Below, one piece after another: positions 13,201 through 25,200 of a stretch of DNA of 64,000 bases. The stretch is taken from positions 5,768,001 to 5,832,000 of the forward strand of contig CM075993.1 of assembly GCA_038087875.1 (NCBI GenBank), in the 5' to 3' direction. The position numbers were made by a program, and so were the translations under genes. This DNA comes from Malacoraja senta (Eukaryota). The notes beneath the pieces were generated by a model. It had not been told where the DNA came from and searched no databases. It was given only the letters and a program-made list of their open reading frames with translations. How positions within the stretch are numbered: position 1 is the first letter of the stretch; the number at the start of each line of letters is the position of its first letter.

Positions 13201-16200
13201 GTCTCTTAATTAGGCCACAGCTGACAAAAAAAACTGGAAGAGAATTTGGGGCTAATAAATCCACATTAACACTGCAGAAAATAACGTATACTATTTTGTG
13301 ATTCGTAAAGGGATTGTGTCAACCCGCTGTGACTTACCTCAGCAGATGCCGGACGGAAGCCAGATCCTGTGGGAGCGTTTTCATCCTCATCACAGCCTTT
13401 AGCCCCTGGACTGAAGTGAAGCTCCACGTGAAACCGTTCTTCAGAGGAAGGGTCCTGGCGGAAAGGAGAACATTGCAAAACCACACAGCGCAAGTTACAA
13501 GATACAAGAGCACAGATCACGTGGTAAACCTATTAATAATATTAAAGATCTTATGGCGTGCATCAGAGACCTGGAGAACAAAAACAAGTTATGCTTAACC
13601 TTAATAAATCAATCGGTTCAGCCTCTACACTTCTCTAAACCTATGCCCCCAGTTGTTCATTCCCCTACCCTAGGAAAAAAAATTGTAAGTAAGTTTATTG
13701 GCCAAGTATTCACATACAAGGAATTTGCCTTGGTGCTCCGCCCACAAGTAACAACTTGACATACAGTGACAGTTACGAATGACTCAGAAAACACTAAACA
13801 TTAATAATAATAAAACATTAATGATAAAACACCATTGATGTGAATTCCGCATCTTTATTCCCCTCATGATTTTATACACCTCTCTAAGATCACCCCTCAG
13901 CTTCGGGCACTACAGAGAATGGAGTCATAGTCTGTCCAATCTCTCCCTATAGATCAGTCCCTAGAGTCCAGGCAACATGTTAAATCTTCCCTGCACGCTT
14001 TCCAACGTAATAGCTTTTTACTGCAGCAGAACACTCTTTGTTGCCTGTTGCATTTCCATTAGAAACTACACATTGGAAAACCTACAACCACTGAAGATAT
14101 TATCTCACTTTGTAATATTGATAAGACTTCAAATTAACAAATGCGCGCCATGCTGCACACTACATACAAGTTTAAGACATTTATTCTATGTAAAAATGGA
14201 TTCCCGTCTCAAATATGCTGTTAAAATGGAAACTGCTGTGAAAAAAAAAATCATTGCTAGGTAGACAAAAAATAGCTGGAGTAGCTCAGCAGGTCAGACA
14301 GCATCTCTGGAGAAAAGGGAATAGGTGACACTTTGGGTCGAGCTGCTTCTTGTAGATGATAGGAATCTGGAAACTGGGTGAAGATGGAGGAAGTGATCAA
14401 ACACCTAATCAAAGGCAGTGCATCTGTCAGTACAGAGAGAGAGATGATGAATGGGGATGTATTTACATTGTGCTGCTCACCTTTTTGAATAACCTTGCCA
14501 AGAAATATTGGCAGCGATAAAAATGAATCTTTTGTTTTAATTAGCAGTTTGAAATGGAGCTAGAAGCTTCCTCGCCATTAGCTTTTAAACTGGAACTATA
14601 TAGATATTTGAAAAGAAAAACACACACTAGGGGTCTTCTGAAGGAGCAGAGAATTGAGGTTTAAGTAATAGCTTCCACAAGGTTTGCATATACACGATGG
14701 GGCCCAATGGCTTCCATGTCTGCTTGAGGATTCCATATTTTACGTAATAAAATGCTCTCAATTAGCCACGAGTGTTATTTGTTATCAGATTTACAAGTCA
14801 CTGTACACATATAAAATTAAGCTTCATCGATTCCTCAGAGAGTCAATGCCTCAAATCCCAATTAACACTACTTTTTAATTTTAAAGATGTGTGAACATTT
14901 CCTTATCACAAAAAAATATTAATTTGGCTACAACAGAGACATATGGACTGGAAATGTTTGTTTAATCCCTCTTCTGCAGTTTGAGGTTAATTCGCAATTG
15001 CAATTGAAATGGGTCAGTGTGGGAGAAAGAAAGGAGCAATGACGTTGGTTTAGTGTGTCCACTGCAAGTGGATGGATGAACAGAACAATCTCCTGCAGAC
15101 CTTTACTGTCCAAGGTCATATTTGAGGATGGGTTAGGAGCTCCAGCAGGAAATAGTGACTTTTGAAAGAGAAGGGGAAACAAAGGTTAAGCAGAGGATCA
15201 CTTGCACCTCCCTCCAACCTCATCTACCGTATCCGCTGTTCAAGATGTGGACTCTTATGCATTGGCGAGACTGAGCGATCGTTTCGCGGAACATCTTTGC
15301 TCAGTCCGCCTGAACCTACCTGATCTCCCGGTGGCTAAACACTTTAATTCTCCTCCCCATTCCCACACAGACCTATCTGTCCTAGGTCTCCTCCATTGTC
15401 AGTGAGGCTAAACGCAAATTGGAGGAACAGCATCTCATATTTTGCTTGCGCAGCTTACAACCCAGTGGTACGATATTGATTTCTCTAACTTCAAGCAACC
15501 CTGGCATTCCCTCTCTTTCCATCCCATCCCCACCCAAGTCGCACCAGCTTCTCGTTTTCTTTTTGCATATCTTTCATTCATTGTTCTTTATCTCTCTACA
15601 TCATAGATTATAGCTCTCGTTTCCCTTTTCCCAACCAGCCTGAAGAAGGGTCTCGACCCGAAACGTCACCCATTCCTTCTCTCCAGAGATGCTGCCTGTC
15701 CTGCTGAGTTACTCCAGCTTTTTGTGTCTATCTTCGGTTTAAAACAGCATCTGCAATTCCTTCCTACACATTTGCAGTGAATAAATAGTGTTTTCTAACT
15801 GAAGCACGGCAGGCAATGGTGCACGCCAATGATCTGTGCGACGACCACTTAATAAATTACTTGGATGTTGAAATACAGATTAACATTTCAAGATTTGTTG
15901 GTGTCACCAGAATTGGGAGTTCTGTAAACCCATTGGGCTGCATCTGAAACGGGGCCCATTTCCACGTGTTGTACCTTATTGTTATCCTCGTACAACATGA
16001 TGACAATCTGAGTCATGTAGTTCAGTTCTGACACTGCACCAAGGTAGTCCATGGCTCTTTTCCACTGCTGATCCTTTAGCTCCTAAGAAACAGAGGGGGA
16101 AATATATTAATGCAGACTCAAAGTCACCTAAGAATCCCTGCGACAGATTGGGTAACAGTAGAGGGAGAAGATGGAATAGGGGCGGGGAGAAATGAGGCAA

Positions 16201-19200
16201 AAGACAACATTTAGCAATGGGAACGAGAGTAGCCCGTAGGGTCGATTAATATATATTTTAAAATTCTCTCCTTTCAAATTCTGCTCATTGTTGGGCACTA
16301 ACTTATTGAACAAACTATGATAGTAAAAGCGCTACTTACTCCCAAAAGACCTCCGAAACGAAATAAGCTCAGCAACGAATGAACGTGGCTCTCACTCGTA
16401 AAGTACAACCGTGTCCGCACGTGGCGTCCGGGAGACATCACCCCTCTGGAATAGCTAAACAACAAGATGAAAAGTCATCAGGTGGACAGCATTTTGCCAA
16501 AGTAAATGATAGTGGACTTGCATTTCTATGGTGCCTTTCACAAGGAAAGTTACACTCAATGGAGTACTTTCAACATGTTGAATTGGAGGAAATGCTCGGT
16601 GCCACAAACAGGAACCAACTCATGAGCAGATCATGTTGAAGGGAGACAGGCTATCTGGGTACCTAGGATAACAACTCCTGATTTGCTTTGACACAGTGGC
16701 TTGGGATCTTTTATATCCCACCCTGCTCCCAGCACCAAAATGGAGGTCAGGCTCTCTTGTTCAAAGTGTGGCATTCTACAGTACTGCACTGTGAGAAATG
16801 GTGCATTAATTCAGACACGAGGTGATCAGAGAACACTCCGTGTTCGGGAGGGTGGTAGAGAAAAAAAAGACACATTAGGAGGAAATATGCACGTCAAGAT
16901 AATTTGCATTAAGGCGTCTGGAGTAAGAAATGAACTCACAAATTTCTGACTCCAATACTATATGGGAAAGATAAAATGGGTGAGGGCAGGATTAATGTAA
17001 AAACAGGTGCTTGATGGTTGGTATGGACTCAGTGGGCAAAGGGCCTGTTTCCGTGCAGTTTCTCCCTATGATTCTCTGAGAACGAATACAGCATTTTACC
17101 AGGATGATTCCTGCAATAATGATTTGACAGTACAGGGACAGCTTAGGCAGACCGACCCTACATCTTCTCAAATTTTGAAGAATGAGAGGAGATATAATTC
17201 TTACAGGTTACTGGGGAAGGTGCAGATTTGCTGGGATAGCTAAAACAAGGGTCAAGTCTCAAAATAAGGAGCATGACAGAGGATAAGAAATTTCTTCAGC
17301 CAAGAGGTTTAGTTAGTTTAGAGATACAGCATGGAAACAGGCCCTTCAGCCCACCAAGTCGTGCCGACCAGCAATCACTGGTACACTCATTCTATCTTAC
17401 ACACTAGGGCCAATTTTTTTAAAGTTTTTTTTTTTAAAAAGACCAATTAACCTACAAGCCTGCACATCTTTGGAGTGTGGGAGGAAGCTGGAGCACGCTG
17501 AGAAAACCCAAGCGGTCACAGGGAGAATGTGCAAACTCTGTACAAACAGGCATCCGTGGTTAGCATCAAATCAGGGTCTCGGGCACTGTGAGGCAGCAAC
17601 TCAACTGCTGCGGAACCACGCCACCCGAGCGATGAATCTTTGAAATTTTCTTCACATGAGCTGTGAAGACTCAGTCAGAGTATGTGCCTAGTATAGGCTG
17701 AGGACTACATACTTCATTATACACTGGAATATGGGATTAGCATGGGAAAGCAGCATGGAGGTAAGTTGTGGAACAGGTGGCACAGGTTGAGTGGTCTATT
17801 CCTGCTTCTGTTTCGCATGTTATTAATGTCTTCCAGTATTTTGTCAGAATGATTTATTTCATCCAAGCGCCGAAACACTGGAAAACTGAACAGAGGACAT
17901 TGCATGTAATCTGGTGTCAGAGTAAGCAGATGTGATGGTGGTGTTTGACTAGCTTTTAGACAAGTACATGGGCCTGCAGGAAATGGAGGGATATGGATCA
18001 TTTACAGGGCAGAGGAGATTAGTTTAACTTGGAATAAAGTTCAGCACAGATATTGTGCGTTTGTTCCTGTTCTAAACTGTTCACTTTGTTTTTCTATGAA
18101 GGAGCATCTGCAGTTCCGCGTGTCTCCACTGTAATGTTCTATGTGTTAAAGAAGGAACTGCAGATGCTGGAAAATCGAAGGTACACAAAAATGCTGGAGA
18201 AACTCAGCGGGTGCAGCAGCATCTATGGAGCGAAGGAAAACGTTACCTATTTCCTTCGCTCCATAGATGCTGCTGCACCCGCTGAGTTTCTCCAGCATTT
18301 TTGTGTACCTTGTAATGTTCTATGTTCTTGATACCTGCTAATCCATAACAGTACTTATAATTGAGATCTTTACCTAAAGGGCTTGTCCCACTTGGGCGTC
18401 TTTTGTGCTTCATTTACACGACATAATTTACGCGTCACGACGCGCGCATTACGTGCATTACGCGCGCATGGCGCGTGGTGGCGTAGGCAGTGCCGTGCGG
18501 TGCCCCGGGATTTTGGGATTCTCAAAATTTGCGTGACGCACAAATGACGCCCAAGTGGGACAGGCCCTTAACTCACCTGCACACATCACTTCCATCTTGT
18601 CTCCCAACCTCACTTTGGCAACTCTCTAATATAATTCCCATCACTTCTTCTGAAGTCAGCAGTCTGGGTTTGGATCTTCCAAGGACATCAAATCCCTTCA
18701 CACAATATTACCATCAGGTGCCAATGGGTTCCAAAAATCACCTTCTCCGCGGCAAAATCAGCTCCACGTCCCATTTTCTGATAGTCTCACGACATACAAA
18801 CAGGATCCTCAACAAACTAACTCAACTCCCTGAGTTACACAGGACCAGGAGACATTCTGCCTACCAAGCCTGTGCCAGATCTTTGAAGAAACTGTCCAAT
18901 TAGTCCCACTCCCCTCTCCCTTTGCCAGCAGCAAAGCAATTTTGAGTTCCTTTTCATCTACTGATCCGATTAAACTTTGAAAGCTATTATTGAATCCACT
19001 TCCTCTATGCCAACAGCAGATTCAGATTACATTTTTTTTTTTAATCTCTTTGCCAGCTTAATTTTTGTTAAAAGAGTAGCAAAATACTTGCCAACATTTT
19101 CAAGTTTATATTTTTTCGATTCAGGATTTTCCCTTCGGAAACAAAAGGCCATCTGCAGAAAGGAGTGGCGCATAGTTTGATCAAGTGGCAAAGGCTCATG

Positions 19201-22200
19201 CTCTCAGTGGCTGACTTACAGTGGATGCAGTTTGTTGACAGATTCATCTTCATGCGTCCTTTGTAAATCCAGCTGCATCTTCGTGATCAGTGGAAGGCAG
19301 TATCCGTAGGCAATGTCCAGCTTTTCTTCCTTATTAATGCCATATTCCTACAGGAAGAAAAACAAAGTGTAAGGCTGCTAAACAGCAGTCCAGTAAAAGG
19401 GATACCAAGAGAGATCCTGCCCTCTTGACAAATGAGATCCAGGCAAAAGTTGTGCCCTCAAAACATCAAGAATAGAGGGGTCATGGTAAGCATACAGACA
19501 AGTTTTAGTTTTAGATCGAATGCAGGTCTCTGGTGCTGTAAGGCAGCAACTCTACCACTGTGCCACCATGTCGCTTAAATAATTAAGCTGGGAAAATTCA
19601 TGGGAGGTGGTCTTGGAGGGGAGGATGCTCCTCAAACTGCGGAGCATCTTGGACAATACAGCTCACCCCCTCCATGACACACTGGTCAACCCGAGGAGTA
19701 CCGTCAGCAACAGACTGGTCCCACCAAGATGCAGTACAGAATATCACAGGAGATCCTTCTTCCCTGTGGCTATCAAACTGTACAAATCCTCCCCCTTCTG
19801 TTGTGGGGTAGACGGAGACTGACTCCCCTCCCCCATCGTTGCACATCCCCAATCCTTTCCACTCATCACTTTAAATTTCAGGTTTCATGTATATTGTGTT
19901 TTATGACTGTTGGCAGATCAATTTCCCTCCTGGGGTAATCTATCATATCGTAGTTAGACAACAGGCCATTCCATTACAGCTGTGAAAAATATACATCATC
20001 TAGATGTGCTGGGACGCATCCTCACTGGTGATCTGGGGTCATCGGGTGTTTCGGGTCTCACAACATCAGACACCCTCGCCCAGGCGACCCAGCCGGGGTT
20101 GATCAGGCCCCGACTTGCGTCCCAGCAGCAACCGCCCATGGATCAGCCATCTTAGTAACTACTCTGCAGGGGTTGGGAGACTCTAGTGCGTGGAGGGACT
20201 GGGCTCTGTGGGGTGAGTCCTGGCCGGGCTCCTCCTGCGTTTCACCAGTTTCAAGGCCTGTGCGCTGCACCTCTTTCTCCTTCTCTGAGCATTTCATTCT
20301 CGCCCGATGGATTTTTAGGCCACGGTGTTTCAATAGGCCTTTCCGTAGCTTTATATGGTGACTTTCTCACGAAAGACACAGACTGGGGTGCTAACCCTGA
20401 CTTTCCCGGGTGCCGTCTTTCCGTGCCATCAACTGTCTCTCCAGTAGTCACCAAACTATTCTTGGTTGTCACCCAGTCTACTCCTAGGTGCCACTGGCTG
20501 AGCCAGACTTCAGTGTGAAAAATATACATCATCTAGATGCGCTGGGATGCATCCTCACTGATGTGATCTGGGGTCATCGGGTGTTTCGGGTCTCACAACA
20601 TCAGACACCCTCGACCAGGAGACCCAGCCGGGGTTGATCAGGCCCCGACTTGCGTCCCAGCAGCAACTGCCCACGGATCAGCCATCTTAATAACTACTCT
20701 GCAGGGTAAATACTGTGAAGAGGGTACAGCACAAATTCACAATTTGTCAATGATAGGGTAACAATAATTTAAAAGATTGCCAGTTTCAAAAGGCCAAACC
20801 CAGATTTAGCAGGATTTTCATTCTGTTAGGTTTTGATTGGGTGTATAAGTTAATGTGAAGAGTCTCTGTTTGATGATTCAGTGAGAAAGGACTCATCAAT
20901 TAAAAAAAAAAAAATCACTGAAACATTGATGGAAGGGATTCGCAGAAATATTCAACACTCAGGAATTCTTTGCCACAGTTACAGATTATGGTGAGATGCT
21001 TTACTTTTATTATTATTATTTTTTTAATTTTTATTTTTTTTATTTTTTTAAGGACTTAATGGATAACAGGGCCACAGGGCAATTAGAAGCACACTGGGTA
21101 GTGGACTTGGCATTGGATTGTGTTAGCCAAGATCCAACGTTAAGGCCTTCTGGTGATTCAAGCAGCCACTACTACTCATTTCAAATACCATCTTTTTTTT
21201 CCTTTTTTTTTTTTAAAAGAACTGTAGGTTTTTATTCTCACCAACTGTTTTCTTTTTACTGTTGAACAACCCTGCAATTTCTCAGTGCTTTATCAGTCCC
21301 ATAATAAACCAATCCCATCTCCTCAATAACTAGCATGTATACAGCTCATTAATACAGTAAAGCATCCCAAGATGCTTCACATGAGCAGTTAGACAAAGAA
21401 CGCCAGAGGAACAGATAGTAAGACAGGTAAACGAGCAACTTGATCAATAAAGTGGGTTTTAAGGAGTCCTCTAGGAGAGAGAAAAAGGCAGAAAGTTATT
21501 ATTTTAGTGGACAGTTGCGCAAACCACTGGCTGATTCTGCAAAACGTCATATCCCTACCAACCTCTCCTCACAAAACGCTCACAATGTCACTTGGTTGCT
21601 ATGCATTCCTGCAGGATGTGCATGGAACACAACTGTAATAGCGTCACACCATACAGGTGGAACTGCTGGTAAAGTTGCTGCCCTACGGTGCCAGAGAGCC
21701 GGGCTCAATCCTGACCTCGGGTTCTGTCTGTGTGGAGTTTGATCATTGTGTGTGATTGCTGGGCTTCCTCAAGGTGCTCCGGTTTCCTCCCACATTGGTT
21801 CATTGGCCTCTCAATAAACTCCTTACACACTCGGGGCAATTTAAAGTGGGATAGCATAGACCTAGCGTGAATGGGCGATCGATGGTCGGCGTGGACTCAG
21901 TGGGCCTGTTTCTATGCTGCATCTTTGGACCAATTCAATCAATACATGGACAAATTCATGAGTGATAAAGGGTCGTCAAGTTGACCAGTAAAGGTGATGA
22001 GAGGGAGATTAAAAGGGTGCTTGCAAACAAACCAGGCGATGAATGAGGCGATTATGGGACAAGGGCCTAGGGCTGTACGGGGGAACTCACAGCATGGGTC
22101 TTGGTCCTCAAATAATGCCAAGAAGAGGACCAATATTTCACGCCCAGGGAAACTGATGGGAGATTTGATAAAGATCCATTTATATTTCCCATGAAAATAT

Positions 22201-25200
22201 AAAATATGTGCATAACTGAGGAAAAGCTAGACTTTGTACAAACCAAATGCTTCTCATTGAATACATTTGATACCATTCACAGCCACACTATTGGATGGGA
22301 ATAACTTTAACCATAGAGAACCATGTGGTGATGTATTTAAGAGAGAGTTAGATATATCTCTTAGGGCTAACGGAATCAAGGGATATGGGGAGAAAGCAGG
22401 AACGGGGTAGTGATTTTGGATGATCAGCCATGATCATATTGAATGGCCTACTCCTGCACATATTTTCTATGTTTCTATGTTGACAAGAGTACCAAACCAC
22501 CCAGCAATTTACTCCCTGGTTGGCTTTCTTCCTTTGTTTAAGAAGGAACTGCAGATGCTGGAAAATCGAAGGTAGACAAAAGTGCTGGAGAAACTCAGCG
22601 GGTGCAGCAGCATCTATGGGGCGAAGGAAATAGGCAAAGTTTCGGCCCGAAATGTTGCATATTTCCTTCGCTCCATAGATGCTGCTGCACCCACTGAGTT
22701 TCTCCAGCACTTTTGTCAGATCTTCTTCCTTCACGTTAATCCAGCAATTTGCAAAAGCACAACTGGTTTTGAAGACATTTTACTGATTATCTTCCCATTC
22801 CCTCTAGTTCTCGAGTTTGATTTCTCAACCAGCATTCACCCAGCAGTGCCCCCTGAAAATACAAAGATATCCATTGTTAGCATATCATTAATTTCTAGAC
22901 AGTTCATTCATACAAAAATCATCTCCCAAACTTCTGAAGTGAGAAACATTTAATGGCACGAGGGCAAGTGGGAAAGGAAATAACTTTTATTCCCAGAACA
23001 ATAGCAGGCAGACTGAAGCTCAATTAATTTTTGTGGGAACTTTACCCTATAAATCAGCAACACATTTCTTGTTTCAAATAATTAATGAATTTACGAATAT
23101 GGAAATGAGAGAGAGAAGACAAAGTTAAGAAGATTGGATTGTGTGGGACAGAACTGCAGGTGCTGGTTTACATTTAAAGGGGCTGTCCCACTTGGGTGAC
23201 CTAATCTGCGAGTTTAGAAGAGTGTCTTCGACCTTCAAACTCGCAGCCATGGGTAATCTCCTTCGCTGACCGGGCATTTTGATTTTCATTGGAGTTTTCA
23301 GGACCAGGGAAAACCGACCGGTAGGTAAAAGGCCCGCTAAACTTTGTTAAACTTCTTATAAGTGTCTCCACTCCTTCTCTCCCCACCCCCCCTCCCCTCT
23401 GCGCTCTCTGAAGGACTTACCGTTACTGTGCAGCCGTTTTACCTTCTTCATAGCGGGTGTCAATTTTGTGTGTGCGTGTGTGTGTGTGTCACAAACTTAG
23501 TAGGCCAGGCAGAAAAATAATAGGTGTAATTTTGGGTCCAGACCGTTCTTCAGACTGTGAAGATTGGATTGTCTGAAATACCTAGAAATATGATCCCACT
23601 CTGCAACACTAGTGCCAGGTATTCCCAGAAAACTGCCATATGCGGTCTTTGCAATGGATAATGCCAAATTCCCATTTGGAAACCATGTTTACCATCAGCC
23701 AGGACTCAGCCTAAAATCTGACACTGCAAAGCAAATTGCTCTCTGCTAATTACACTGCTGTTTACTGAGATGATGCTGTCATGGTCAGACACTAGCTTCT
23801 TTCGCTCTGCATGTACATGTAACATAATCATTCTGCTGAGGGGAGCAGGGAGGGAAAGAGAATGGCAGAGAAGGAATGCTGCAAGCCAACAAAATAAAAA
23901 ATATTGTACAAGAAGGAACTGCAGATGCTGGAAAATTGAAGGTATACAAAAATGCTGGAGGAACTCAGCGGGTGAGGCAGCATCTATGGAGCGAAGGAAA
24001 TAGGCAACGTTTCGACCCGAAACATTGCCTATTTCCTTCGCTCCATAGATGCTGCCTCACCCGCCGAGTTTCTCCAGCATTTTTGTCTACCAAATAATAT
24101 TGTGCACATTACTTTATGTAAAGTGGCACAATGGGAGCATCTAATCGATACTGGTGACGATCACAGGTTTACTGCCACTGTGAAAATAAATTTTTAACCA
24201 GCGTTCAGAGAACAGTAGAATGGAGAAACGCGAGGCATCTTAGAATAAAAGACTTGTATCCGTTGCCATTCAGAGGGTGGAGCTCAGCAAAGCAGACTGT
24301 ACGTGCAGACAGCGCAGACATAGCTTGCATACTAAAGCTTTGTCCACAGTGAAAAACATCACCATTGGGGGAATATTAGGGTTGAGATTTATGAACAGAC
24401 AGGGAGACGGCTCATTTAACACATGCGAGCAATGCTGATTTACAGAAGGGAAATACGCAAAAACAGTCAATATGTTCAGATCAAAGCTTAACCGTCACGA
24501 TGCTGATATGCGAGGCTCGACATGCGGCATTAGTACAGTGATTATTTATTACTTATTATCTCAATTAATATGCATGAGAAATTCATTAGAAAAGAACCAC
24601 CGTGAAAGAATAATAAAAGCGAACACAGCAGTGATCAACGACAGAAATCCTTTCATTGCTTTAATTCAGTGTTACTTTAATTCAATTGTTGCAGGGCGGC
24701 ACAGCGGTAGAATTGCTGCCTTACAGCGCTTGCAGCACCAGAGACCCGGGTGCCGTCTATATGGAGTTTGTACGTTTTTCCCCGTGACCGCGTGGGTTTT
24801 CTCCCCGATCTTCGGTTTCCTCCCACATTCCAAAGGCTTACAGGCATGTAGGTTAATTGGGTTGGTGTATGTGTAAAATATCGTCCCTAGTATGTGTAGG
24901 ATCGTTTTAATGTGCAGGGACCGTTGGTCGGCACGGACCCGGTGGGCCGAAGGGCATGTTTCCGCGCTGTATCTCTAAACTAATCTCCAATTCCCCAAAA
25001 CTCTGCAAGTCCCCCCCATGGATCCCTGCACCCATCGACTCTTTCCACCATTCAGCTACTCATTAAAACTTACCATTCATTCCAATATCACCTTACATTG
25101 CTGTATCAAATTTGGTTTGACAAATCACCTTGAAATGCATTATCAAATATATATTGATGGTGCAATATGAATGGAAATCATTGAAGGGAGTCAAAAGGGT

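Noticed and set aside
19981..20706. Direct repeats as a true LTR or TRIM element
   Set aside because: No TG...CA ends, PBS or PPT; the repeats resemble a non-LTR 3' end.
18145..24091. Recurrent palindromic repeats as a CRISPR or REP-like array
   Set aside because: Eukaryotic intron, irregular kb-scale spacing, no cas genes; explained by Penelope pLTRs.
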